A DNA stretch of 53,517 nucleotides, from assembly GCA_002269645.1 (NCBI GenBank), contig NIVC01004242.1, positions 1 to 53,517 of the forward strand, given 5' to 3'. The first letter of the stretch is position 1. The number at the start of each line of letters is the position of its first letter. Below the pieces are notes generated by a model that had not been told where the DNA came from, did no database searches, and worked only from the letters and a program-made list of their open reading frames with translations. This stretch comes from Macrostomum lignano (taxonomy: Eukaryota). Positions 10,101 to 19,661 of this stretch are shown here, piece by piece. Made by a program: the position numbers and the translations under genes.

Positions 10101-12621
10101 CTTAATTCTTTGCTGAACCTCTTTCTAAGAAAGAGTAGGACGCATTGAAAAGTAAAAATTTCTTTGATTGAAAAGCTCGACTGGTGAGCAGAGCGAGGCC
10201 ACGCCCAGAGGTGACATTGTCAGAGAGTTTGATACTCGGGTGCATGGTGGTGTAATCCGCCTCCGCCTCTGTGGACCCGTTCGCCGCTAGCTTCGGTTAA
10301 GCTGCTCACGGCCTAAGCCGTCTAGGGAGATGGGATTACTGCCGGCGGGAGGGGGGTGGCAGCTGCTACTCAATGCCTCTTATCCCTCAAATTATTAGCA
10401 GCATACTTAAAGCGGATGCTCAAAGGCCAACATTCTCTGCTTGAGTTAAGGTATTCCGGTTTTCGAAAATTCCCCTTTGTGTTAAATTGAAGGCAGCTGC
10501 ACCGCAGGTGCGAGTTTTTGAACTTTTGGAAGGTGAATGGCGTCTGTGTTGAAAAGGGGAGTGAAGATATTAAAAATGGTAAAGGCTGTGGTGATCTGAA
10601 AGTTTTGATTGTGAATGCGTACAGTTGATGGCGTGAATGCTGACACAGTGATGTACATTCTGATGGCGAGAATGCTGAAGCTAATTAACACTAAGCTGAC
10701 GTGACTGACACGCAGCCATGAACGCCGCACCTGAGGCAGACTGCAGACCAGCGAGATGATCACGGATGCTGCCAGCATCAGGCGAGTCCTCCGCAGGCTG
10801 GTCCTGACGCTCTGCGGTCTAGCCGTCACAGCGGTGTACCTGTCCACCGCGATCGAGGTGACAATAAACGAGGACAGGTACAGACCGAAGGTGGACACCA
10901 CTCGGTACAGTTTGCACAGCTCCGAGCCGCCGTACCAGGTTCGCGTCGCCAAGGTGAACAGCTCGACCAGCGGCGTGATCAACACGGCCAGGTCTGACAG
11001 GCACAGGTACACCAGGAAATGGTTCACACGACCCCAGCGCCTGCGGTTTGTGTACAGCGTGCCAAACACCGTCAAGTTGCCGACGAGAGACAGCAGCAGG
11101 ACAGCCAGAAGGAAGGTGAACGCCACCGGATGAAACGGCAGGAACTCCACCAAGCAGCTGGTGCTGCGGTTGGGCCCGGCAGTCAGGGTGAGGACCCTGT
11201 CGGTGTGCTCGGGCCGGTATCTGTAGGGTAGCGACTGGTTGGGGGAGCCAAGCGAATCGGCCAGGTCGCTCCACACCGAATAGCAGCTGCGGTGCAGGCT
11301 AGAGGCTCTGGGCTCGGCCGGGGACTCGCCAGCCTCGGCAAGGTGCACGGACACTGCCGGTTGCTGCGGGGCCTGTGGGATCGATTGGTGAGGGTTCGGA
11401 CTGCCTGGTTTAGTTGGCTCATTGTAACACTGGTCTATTTTGTTGGGACTGTGGGGGATGTCTGTGGGGCAGCTGGGGTTGCGGGTGAGAGTGGGGATGG
11501 CTGTGGGGCAGCTGGAGTTGCGGGTGAGAGTGGGGATGGCTGTGGGGCAGCTGGGGTTGCGAGTGAGAGTGGGGATGGATGTGGGGCAGATGGGGTTGCG
11601 GGTGAGAGTGGGGATGGCTGTGGGGCAGATGGGGTTGCGGGTGAGAGTGGGGATGGCTGTGGGGCAGATGGGATTGTGGGTGAGAGTGGGGGATGTCTGT
11701 GGGGCAGCTGGGGTTGCGGGTGATAGTGGGGGGTGGCTGTGGGGCAGATGGGGTTGCGGGTGAGAGTGGGGGATGTCTGTGGGGCAGCTGGGGTTGCGGG
11801 TGAGAGTGGGGGGTGGCTGTGGGGCAGCTGGGGTTGCGGGTGAGAGTGGGGATGGCTGTGGGGCAGCTGGGGTTGCGGGTGAGAGTGGGGATGGCTGTGG
11901 GGCAGCTGGGGTTGCGGGTAAGAGTGGGGATGGATGTGGGGCAGATGGGGTTGCGGGTGAGAGTGGGGATGGCTGTGGGGCAGATGGGGTTGCGGGTGAG
12001 AGTGGGGATGGTTGTGGGGCAGATGGGGTTGCGGGTGAGAGTGGGGGATGTCTGTGGGGCAGATGGGGTTGCGGGTGAGAGTGGGGGATGTCTGTGGGGC
12101 AGATGGGGTTGCGGGTGAGAGTGGGGGGTGGCTGTGGGGCAGATGGGGTTGCGGGTGAGAGTGGGGGATGTCTGTGGGGCAGATGGGGTTGCGGGTGAGA
12201 GTGGGGGGTGGCTGTGGGGCAGATGGGGTTGCGGGTGAGAGTGGGGATGGCTGTGGGGCAGTTGGGGCTGCTGTCTGGATTTTTGATGAAGCTGAACAAT
12301 TAGAGTTGTTGCACTATGCGTCAACAGAAGTTCCTGACCACGCACATTCGTATCTCATTGCTCTGTCCTTTTTATTTGCGTTAGAATTCATACAATCAAT
12401 CATGTTGCATTTACCTGGCTAGGAAAAGGTACCCTGTCAATAGTGTTATTCTGAAAAACTTTGCGAGCATGGAGGAGCTTAAATCCCACAGGAGGAGCAG
12501 CTGTTGCAGAGACGTTTTTGCAACAGAGACACCGGATAGGCAAGGTGCCAGCCGAACACGAGAGGAGTAGCAGTGCTCGGCAGTGAGACGGAGTGGGCAG
12601 TGGGACCTTTTCAGGGCACAT
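3717..12621 (-). CDS. Class A (rhodopsin-like) neuropeptide GPCR, GnRH/AKH/corazonin receptor-like; spliced gene, ~630 aa if tentative exon 1 is right
   Basis: Hand-spliced exons (minus): 12621-12415 (tentative), 11372-10731, 8088-7866, 7262-7080, 5246-5168, 5091-5012, 4195-3717. All introns are GT-AG and phases agree (0,0,1,1,2,1). Motifs: TM1 GN (LVGNLTV), TM2 LCLSDLAV, TM3 FGLYLSSFIVTSIAVDRY, ICL3/TM6 IDSARRSTLRMTVTIVLAFLLCWAPYW, TM7 NSCVNPMIYGMF. The FGLYLSSF..DRY and AR..TL.MT signatures match invertebrate GnRH/AKH-type receptors. Subfamily assignment needs phylogeny. Confidence 0.9.
4295..4900. repeat. Degenerate ~10-bp repeat (CCAAGAGATC/CCAAAGGATC-like) in the last GPCR intron
   Basis: Direct reading. 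Confidence 0.8.
5012..5091 (-). CDS. GPCR exon: TM7 (LTFAFTNSCVNPMIY)
   Basis: NPxxY motif; acceptor TTTCAG|T, donor G|GTAGGT. Confidence 0.9.
5168..5246 (-). CDS. GPCR exon: TM6 (VLAFLLCWAPYWFVTL)
   Basis: CWxP motif; acceptor TTTTTTTTCAG|TT, donor CA|GTAAGA. Not in the ORF track because it is too short. Confidence 0.9.
5687..5898. mobile_element. MITE-like non-autonomous DNA transposon remnant
   Basis: Inverted repeats TCGATTTTCCTAGAAATGAAC (5693-5713) / GTTCATTTCTAAGAAAATCGA (5873-5893), one mismatch; related to 7585-7713. Confidence 0.6.
5917..6163 (-). mobile_element. tRNA-derived CORE-type SINE, copy 1 (internal deletion, 3'-truncated)
   Basis: A-box-like CAGCCTAGTGG, B-box GGTTCGATTC, CORE-like GTGTCCTTGAGCAAGACACTTAACTCTGCATTGCTTCAGTTCACCCAGCTGTAAAATGGG; homologous to three other copies. 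Lies in a GPCR intron. Confidence 0.85.
7080..7262 (-). CDS. GPCR exon: ICL3 to start of TM6
   Basis: Acceptor CATTGCAG|AG, donor ATCG|GTGAGC; encodes NIDSARRSTLRMTVTI. Confidence 0.85.
7585..7713. mobile_element. MITE-like remnant, same family as 5687-5898
   Basis: TA-CACTCGATTTTCCTAGAAATGA at the left end, degenerate GAAAATCTTGTG-TA at the right end; shares internal AGCGCTGAAT and GCCAT with the other copy. Confidence 0.5.
7866..8088 (-). CDS. GPCR exon: ECL2 (VCLEK) and TM5 (YNLFAFFMMYGLPLATITWCYSRIF)
   Basis: Acceptor TTTCACAG|GCT, donor G|GTGAGT; TM5 Y..P....CY..I pattern. Confidence 0.9.
8120..9646. repeat. 30/33-bp minisatellite (GAGAATGTGTGTTTGAGGATACCGTCAGGT[GAT])n in a GPCR intron
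   Basis: Direct reading; explains ORFs 7862-9724 and 8125-9684. Confidence 0.97.
10731..11372 (-). CDS. GPCR exon encoding N-terminus and TM1-TM4
   Basis: Part of ORF 10482-12299; contains GN, SDL and DRY motifs; donor CAG|GTGCGG at 10731/10730. The 5' boundary is less certain. Confidence 0.9.
11448..12262. repeat. 39/40-bp G-rich minisatellite (GTGGGGCAGATGGGGTTGCGGGTGAGAGTGGGGATGGCT)n
   Basis: Direct reading; each unit has four G-tracts. Confidence 0.95.
12415..12621 (-). CDS. GPCR tentative exon 1 (MCPEKVPLP...FPSQ)
   Basis: The TM1-4 frame has no in-frame ATG. An ATG at 12621 opens a 69-codon frame ending at CAG|GTAAAT (phase 0), which fits the acceptor CCCACAG|GCC at 11372. No homology support. 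Confidence 0.4.
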
Positions 12622-12963
12622 AATCCGTCGTTGCCGTGGCGACACCAGCCCATCCCCCCTCCCATAAATCCCAAACTCGAGATTATCCGCTTCCGCAGTC
12701 GCCGCAGTATAAAGGCAGAGAGGGAGAGAGAGAGAGAGAGAATTTCACACCTGGTCGATTCCGTCTTTATCCATCCGCCCCGATCCAAGCTGTGTGCATC
12801 TTGGCGAGAGCGTAATTAGAAAATATGAGGAGACTACAAAGGTTGCGGGAATTTAGCTCTGGGATCAGGGGGCAGCCAATAAGGACAGCCTAACTATTCT
12901 ACAAATTAACTTTTTTCTTCAAGTGGCATATAGACTAAATGATGTCAGACGAGGGCGTCTTAC

Positions 12964-13677
12964 GAGCTCGAAAGTTCACAAGCTCGAAAGTTCACAGGCT
13001 CGAAAGTTCACAGGTTCGAAAGTTCACAAGCTCGAAAGTTCACAGGCTCGAAAGTTCACAAGTTCGAAAGTTCACAAGCTCGAAGGTTCACAGGCTCGAA
13101 AGTTCACAAGCTCAAAAGTTCACAAGCTCGAAAGTTCACAGGTTCGAAAGTTCACAAGCTCGAAAGTTAACAGGCTCGAAAGTTCACAGGCTCGAAAGTT
13201 CACAAGCTCGAAAGTTCACAGGTTCGAAAGTTCACAGGCTCGAAAGTTCACAAGCTCGAAAGTTCACAAGCTCGAAAGTTCACAAGCTCGAAAGTTCACA
13301 AGCTCGAAAGTTCACAAGCTCAAAAGTTTACAGGCTCGAAAGTTCACAGGCTCGAAAGTTCACAAGCTCGAAAGTTCACAGGTTCGAAAGTTCACAGGAT
13401 CGAAAGTTCACAAGCTCGAAAGTTCACAGGCTCGAAAGTTCACAAGCTCGAAAGTTCACAAGCTTGAAAGTTCACAAGCTCGAAAGTTCACAAGCTCGAA
13501 AGTTCACAAGCTTGAAAGTTCACAAGCTCGAAAGTTCACAAGCTCGAAAGTTCATAAGCTTGAAAGTTCACAAGCTCGAAAGTTCACAGGCTCAAAAGTT
13601 TACAGGTTCGAAAGTTCACAAGCTCGAAAGTTCACAGGCTCAAAAGTTTACAGGTTCGAAAGTTCACAAGCTTGAAA
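12964..13677. repeat. 16-bp minisatellite (CTCGAAAGTTCACAAG/CTCGAAAGTTCACAGG)n
   Basis: Direct reading; ~45 units. Confidence 0.97.
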
Positions 13678-14139
13678 GCGAAATTTCGGGCTTATAAAAG
13701 TGACCCTAGCAAGCCAAACTCCCAGATAGCCTTTTATGGGCGAGCGCAGTTTTGCTTGGCCCTGCAAACATTCGCCAGAACTTACTCTATCCAACATGCT
13801 GCTATGCTCACTGAAGCAGAGATGTCCCACAGATTCGATTAGAGTTCCGCTGCCGCCGCTGCTGCTGCTGCCGAAGACTGCTCAATGCTCAACAAGGATT
13901 CTGAATTTTAGCGACCGGACTTGTCTAGAGAGTGACTTTGAGAGCTCCGGCGTTGATTGGACCTTTGTCTCGGCGAATCCGGGGCTGCTCAAAGGATAGA
14001 GAGAAGTGCGCTGAGCAGGACGACGGCTAAGCAACTAGGGAGTGGAAATGCCCGACAGTATGGGGTGGAGCTTGACTCTGCAAAATGGGGGTGCGAATTG
14101 GGAACAGGCAAGGTCAGACATGGGGAGGGAAGAGATAGG

Positions 14140-14603
14140 GTATGGGATGAAGGGGAGATTTGGGACCAGGGGTGATAGTGGGATATTTGGGATAAGGGAT
14201 AATGGGAGATTTGGGACCAGGGGTAGTGGGATATTTGGGATAAGGGATAATGGGAGATTTGGGACCAGGGGTAGTGGGATATTTGGGATCAGGGATAGGG
14301 GGAGATTTGGGATCAGGGATAGGGGGGAGATTTGGGATCAGGGATAATGGAAGATTTGGGATCAGGGATAATGGGAGATTTGGGATCAGGGATAGGGGGA
14401 GATTTGGGATCAGGGATAATGGGAGATTTGGGATCAGGGATAGGGGGGAGATTTGGGATCAGGGATAGGGGGGAGATTTGGGATCAGGGATAGGGGGGGG
14501 ATTTGGGATCAGGGATAGGGGGGAGATTTAGGATCAGGGATAGTGGGAGATTTGGGATCAGGGAAAAATGGATATTTAGGATCAGGGATAGTGAAGATTT
14601 GGG
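14140..14603. repeat. ~20-22-bp G-rich minisatellite (GGGAGATTTGGGATCAGGGATA)n, interrupted by the LINE; continues 18929-19060
   Basis: Direct reading on both sides of the element. Confidence 0.9.
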
Positions 14604-15118
14604 CCGAGGCGCAAGCCTCCGCTCAGACTGCCAAAGCAAACCGCCCTGCCCGGCAGCACGGCCGCGCGGGCAAAGCTGAGCGCGCTGCTGAGGGCGGAGG
14701 CGACCGACGCCCGGCGCGCAGCACCAAGCGGCGCGGCCTGTACCAGCGTGCAGCTGAGGCAGTCCGTACCGCCAAAATCGCCCAGCTGAGGCGAGAGGTC
14801 GCCGGGACGCCTAGGCGCACCAGTTCGTCCAGGGAGGGTGGGGACGTCCCAGCTGGGCCCAACCCCTCGGGGCAGGGCCGACTGGAGACGGACCCGCCTG
14901 CCCAGGCGGCTGGCTGCTCCAGGGCATTGGGCCAATCTGAGGCGGAGGACCCCATGGATGGTGGGCAAAGGGCGGCGAACGCTGCCTACTGCCTTCCAGC
15001 CAATCGGGGGCCTTTTGCTGAAGAAGAGCCCATGGATACCGGCGACCCCGACCCGAAGCCGGTGAGCGCCGAGGAGGAGGAGGAACTCCTGGCGGCTGCA
15101 ACATCCGATCTGCAATGA
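14604..15118 (+). pseudogene. Truncated ORF1 C-terminus of the LINE
   Basis: Open frame from the insertion junction to TGA 15116-15118; basic, then acidic low-complexity (EEPMDT..EEEEELL); overlaps the ORF2 start. Confidence 0.6.
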
Positions 15119-18100
15119 TGCCAGCGACTACCTGGTGTCTGCAGATCAACACCCAGCACTGCGTGGCGGCGTCGGTCAACCTGATGCGCACGGCAGAGCA
15201 ACAGCTTCCGGGCCTGGTCTTCGTACAGGAGCCCTGGATGACTAAAGGTAAGCCAAATAATGTGCCATCTGGCTACCACTGTTTTTGCATGGCGGGCTCT
15301 CAGCCTCGCCCAAGATCTCTGGTCTTTGCTGCGAAAGCTTTTGAGGCATGGATGAGACCTGATCTCTCGTCTGGGGACATCTGTGTTGTTCAAATCAATA
15401 ACCTCATTCCCAATAAACCTGTGCTGGTAGCATCTGCCTATTTCCCGGGCGATGCCCCAGTTGTCTGCGACGCGTTAGTCAACCTTACTGACTATGCTGC
15501 GTCCCATCGGTTCGAGCTGCTCATTGCAGGGGATGTGAACGCACACCACCTGCATTGGGGCAGCAAGAACATCAATAGCAGAGGCGAGGAGCTGCTGGCC
15601 TATGTCAGCAGCACTAACCTCAATTTCTGTAACGTGGGCAATGCACCAACGTTCAATAATGGGCGGTGGGCCGAAGTCATCGACACCACCATCGCCTCAC
15701 CCGGACTGCTTTCCGCAGTTACGGGCTGGCGAGTGTGGGACGAGGACTCGCTCTCGGACCACCGCTTTATCCGCTTTTGCATTGGGCCGACCAAGCAAAA
15801 GCCTAAGGTCACTTGGAGTCGGAACGTCAGGAACACCGATTGGGCCGCCTTTGGCTCGAAGCTGAGCCGCGGCCTTCGGGATCTTGACCCCCCCAGTGAC
15901 CTCTCTGACTGCCAGGTGGTGGATGATCTCGCCTCCTCCCTGAGTGGGGCGATCACCACTGCCTTTGAAGCAGCCTGCCCTCTAAAAGCCTATAAAGGCA
16001 AGAAATCTGCTCCCTGGTGGAACCCAGAGCTCGGGCCCTTCGGCGCCGAGCCAGGACCCTCCAAAGGCGAGCGCTCAAAACCAAAGACCCATCTGACAGA
16101 GAGGCCTATACCCGTGCGATCCACGAGTTTAAGGGCCAAGTCAGAAGGGCCAAGACGGCCAAGTGGCGCCAATACTGCGAAGGGCTTGAGGGCTCTCGCC
16201 CCGTAGCCCGCGTGGTTAAGGCACTCACAAATGACCGTTTTTCTAAACTCTCTGTTGTGAAGAGACCTGACGGCTCGGTCACAGGGAGCTCTGAAGAGAC
16301 TCTGGAGCTAATGCTCAACAGTTTCTTCCCTAAATCTCCGACTCAGCAGGGCCCGCCTGACCACACAGTGGGAGGGCAAGGCCTAGCAAAGTCTATAATC
16401 ACCAAAGACCGCATTATTAGAGCGGCAAGGTCCTTTAACCCGTTCAAGGCGCCTGGGCCCGACGGCATCTACCCAGCGTTCTTGCACGAGGCGGCGAAAA
16501 ACCACCGCTTCCTGGACCTCCTCTGTCGTCTCCTCCGAGCTTGTGTGGAACTGGGCTATGTACCAGTTGCGTGGAGAGAGGCCCGGGTGGTCTTTATCCC
16601 CAAGCCTGGAAAGAGCGATTACCAATCGGTGAAGGCCTTCAGGCCTATCAGCCTCACTTCTTTCTGCCTCAAGCTCCTCGAGAGACTGGTGCTCTGGCGC
16701 CTACTTTCAGTCGAGCTGAAGCGCTTCCCACTCTCGCAGAACCAGCACGCCTTCCGCGCGGGCAGGTCTACCGAGAGTGCCCTCCATGTCATTGTTGACT
16801 TCCTGGAGAGGGCCGTTCCTGGCAGCGGCTTTGCCCTCTCGCTTTTTCTGGACATCGAGGGGGCCTTCGACAACGTCATCTTCGAGGCCTTTTGCAGAGC
16901 CCTGGAATCCAGGGCCACGCACCCTCACCTTGTCCGGTGGATCATGTTCATGATCCGGAACCGCACTGTTGTGGCCCACCTGAACGGCAGCTCTCTTTCG
17001 GCGCCTGTCCAAAAAGGGGGCCCCAGGGCGGAGTTCTCACCCCGTTCTCTGGAACATGGTCATGGATGAGTTGCTTTGCAGTGATCTCCACGACCCCATT
17101 CTCAAGGTGGGCTATGCCGATGACGTGACCGCGATCTGCGCGGGCCCCTCGGTTGACACCATCAGAGATCTTCTGCAGGGCTTTCTGGGACGAGCGGAGC
17201 GTTGGGCAAACCAATGTGGTCTTAGACTCTCAGAGTCGAAAACCACAGCGGTCATGTTTACCAACAAACTGCTCTGGACCATTAAGCCCCTCACCCTCTA
17301 TGGAAAGAACATTTCCATGGAGAAGCAGGTCCGCTGCCTGGGCCTCACTCTGGACCACAGGCTCAACTGGACTCCGCACATTCAAACTAAAGCCAAAAAA
17401 GCCCTGGCTGTCCTGGCTCAGATCAGGCGCGCCGTGGGCACCACCTGGGGGCTCACCCCAGGAAGCTGTGGTGGATTTACACTGCAATCATCCGCCCTCG
17501 ATCAGTTACGCCAGCCTCGTGTGGGCTAGCGGTCTGGGCGTCAAGAGTAACCTCGACGCTCTCTACAAAATCCAGGGCAGAGCCTGCCGCATGACTATGG
17601 GCGCTCCACCCTCTACTCCTTTTGAAGGCATGAATGCCTTCCTCTGCACCCCTCCTCTGGATATTTATATCAAAGGAGAGGCGGCGAAGAGCACCCGGCG
17701 TCTTCTGGACGCTGGGGTGGCCTTCAAGAAAGTGCGGGCCTTTAAGAAGCGGTCGCTTATCCCGCACTCTGACCTCTGCCTCAAGGCTCTAGAAAAATGT
17801 GGCGGGCTCAACATCCTCTCGGACTCGATCCCAGCCACCCTTCTCCTGAGCCAAAGGTATAAGGTCACTATTCAGCCTCGACATGAGGCGAGTGACAGCT
17901 GGAGCGATTCTGAAGTCCACTGTTACACTGACGGCTCTATGAAGCATGGTCTTTCAGGCTTCGGAGCGTGCGTCTTCTTCAAGGGAGAAGTGGCGTGGAG
18001 CTACTCCCAGCACACTGGGCTCAACTCCAGTGTTTTTCAGAGCGAGGTGCTTGCCATCAGCTCCTGCGCGGCAGAACTGCGCCGAAGGCAGCTTAGCGGT

Positions 18101-18813
18101 CGGAAGCTTATTTTTCACTCTGACAGCCAAGCAGCCCTTCGGGCCCTCTGCCGCTGCACCACCAGCTCCAGGTCCGTCCTGGACTGCAACACCCAGCTCA
18201 ACGGGCTCGCGCTAGGCAACCAGGTAGAGCTCAGATGGATCCCGGGCCACGCCGGTTTCCTCGGCAACGAGCGCGCCGACCTGCTGGCCAAGGCTGGCTC
18301 CGCCGGCGCGCTGCTGGGGCCGGGCCCGGGGCCCCCATCCCCGCCTCGGTGATCAACTCCCGCGTTAAGCGCTGGGCTGACTCCGAGCATCTCTGCAGGT
18401 GGCACGACACCCGGAATTGTAGGCAATCCCGGGCGGCCGTCCCCTGCCCCTCCCCTCTCCTGCGTAGAGCCCTCCTCAGGCTCAACCGCAGAGACCTCAG
18501 AGCAGTTAGCATGGCCCTCTCCGGGCATGGCTGCTTCTCTCGCCACCGCTTCCTTCAGGGCCAGGTACCCGAGGAGCGGTGCCCCTTCTGCCGCTCAGGC
18601 AGTGAAAACGCCGAGCATTTTATCTGCCACTGCCCGGTTTTCACCAGGGCCAGGCTCACTCACCTCGGGCCAAACCCGGTTCTCTCCGACGTTTGCAGGC
18701 CCGAGAGCATCCCGCTGCTCGCCCGGTACCTCAGGGACACGGGACGAGCCGATTTCTTCCCCACTGTCGGTGAGGAGGATCGCGCTGCAGGCGAGACCGA
18801 CGGGTCCCCCTGA
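15115..18813 (+). pseudogene. LINE ORF2 (APE-RT-RNase H-zinc finger) split by frameshifts
   Basis: Domains are spread over ORFs 15115-16206, 16017-17069, 17056-17529, 17153-18352 and 18235-18813, with frame changes near 16030, 17010-17050, 17460-17500 and 18340. No in-frame stops within the segments. Confidence 0.88.
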
Positions 18814-19377
18814 GCGACTTCACTTCAACGGAAGTCATTGGTCGCCAGGGGCTAGCGGAATGGGCGGTCTCCTCCGCCTCCCCGCTGCATCCGCCGGACG
18901 CCCCCTGCAGCTAAGTCAAGTAAGTCAAGGGGGGAGATTTAGGATCAGGGATAGTGGGAGATTTGGGATCAGGGAAAAATGGATATTTAGGATCAGGGAT
19001 AGTGAAGATTTGGGATCTGAGATAGTGGGAGATTTGGGATCAAGGATAGTGGAAGGTTTGGTTCATGATTAATATGGAGATTTTTCGGTATTCTCGAGCT
19101 TGCCGACTGGGAAAAGTCACGCAAATGCCAGCTGCATTTCCAGCACGTTTCCAACTCTGCTGTCAGATCTGCACGCACGCGAAAGTGGCAAATCAATTAG
19201 GAGACATCAATTTATTTCAACTTGCTGCAGACTCTGGCAAGTGTTGGTTCCCCATCTCGGATCTCTGCAGCTTCCACCTGACTAATTTGCATATGCAAAT
19301 TTATTTCAATTTGCCCACAGCAACGGAAAATATCATTTTTTCAGCAGAATTGAGCGGCATAAAAGTCCTGAAAAAGG

Positions 19378-19661
19378 TATTGATAATGTACATTGCAGCA
19401 CGGGGCCAGCGGTTTAACAGTCCTATTGATAATGTGCATTGCAGCACGGGGCCAGCGGTTTAACAGTCCTATTGATAATGTACATTGCAGCACGGGGCCA
19501 GCGGTTTAACAGTCCTATTGATAATGTACATTGCAGCACGGGGCCAGCGGTTTAACAGTCCTATTGATAATGTACATTGCAGCACGGGGCCAGCGGTTTA
19601 ACAGTCCTATTGATAATGTACATTGCAGCACGGGGCCAGCGGTTTAACAGTCCTATTGATA
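19378..19661. repeat. 46-bp tandem repeat, 6 near-identical copies (TATTGATAATGTACATTGCAGCACGGGGCCAGCGGTTTAACAGTCC)
   Basis: Units start at 19378, 19424, 19470, 19516, 19562 and 19608; one substitution in copy 2; no spacers. Confidence 0.95.

Larger units (their letters stand above)
14604..18929 (+). mobile_element. Non-LTR retrotransposon (LOA/Lian-like, RNase H-containing), 5'-truncated, ~4.3 kb
   Basis: ORF1 C-terminal remnant, then ORF2 with APE endonuclease (QINTQH, VQEP, GDVNAHH, IDTT, SDH), RT (PGPDGI, FRPISLTS, LDIEGAFD, GYADD), RNase H (YTDGS, SEVLAI, SDSQAAL, WIPGH..GNERAD) and CPFC..EHFICHC finger. 3' tail is (TAAGTCAAG)2; identical flanking duplication 14517-14603 / 18928-19014. 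Clade assignment is from recalled motif similarity. Confidence 0.93.

Noticed and set aside
10482-12299. 605-aa ORF read as a GPCR with a mucin-like Pro/Thr N-terminus
   Set aside because: It starts at TTG with no in-frame ATG, and the Pro-rich part is the C-rich strand of a minisatellite. It is better explained as intron with an acceptor at 11372. The ORF also runs past the donor at 10731.
13780-13995. Possible extra minus-strand exon (strong AGA|GTAAGT donor near 13785) belonging to the DGK 3' end or the GPCR 5' UTR
   Set aside because: No recognisable protein similarity, and the frames stop early; cannot be assigned without transcript data.
19378-19661. Possible CRISPR array (regular ~46-bp repeats)
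   Set aside because: Units are head-to-tail with no unique spacers, there are no cas genes, and the context is eukaryotic.
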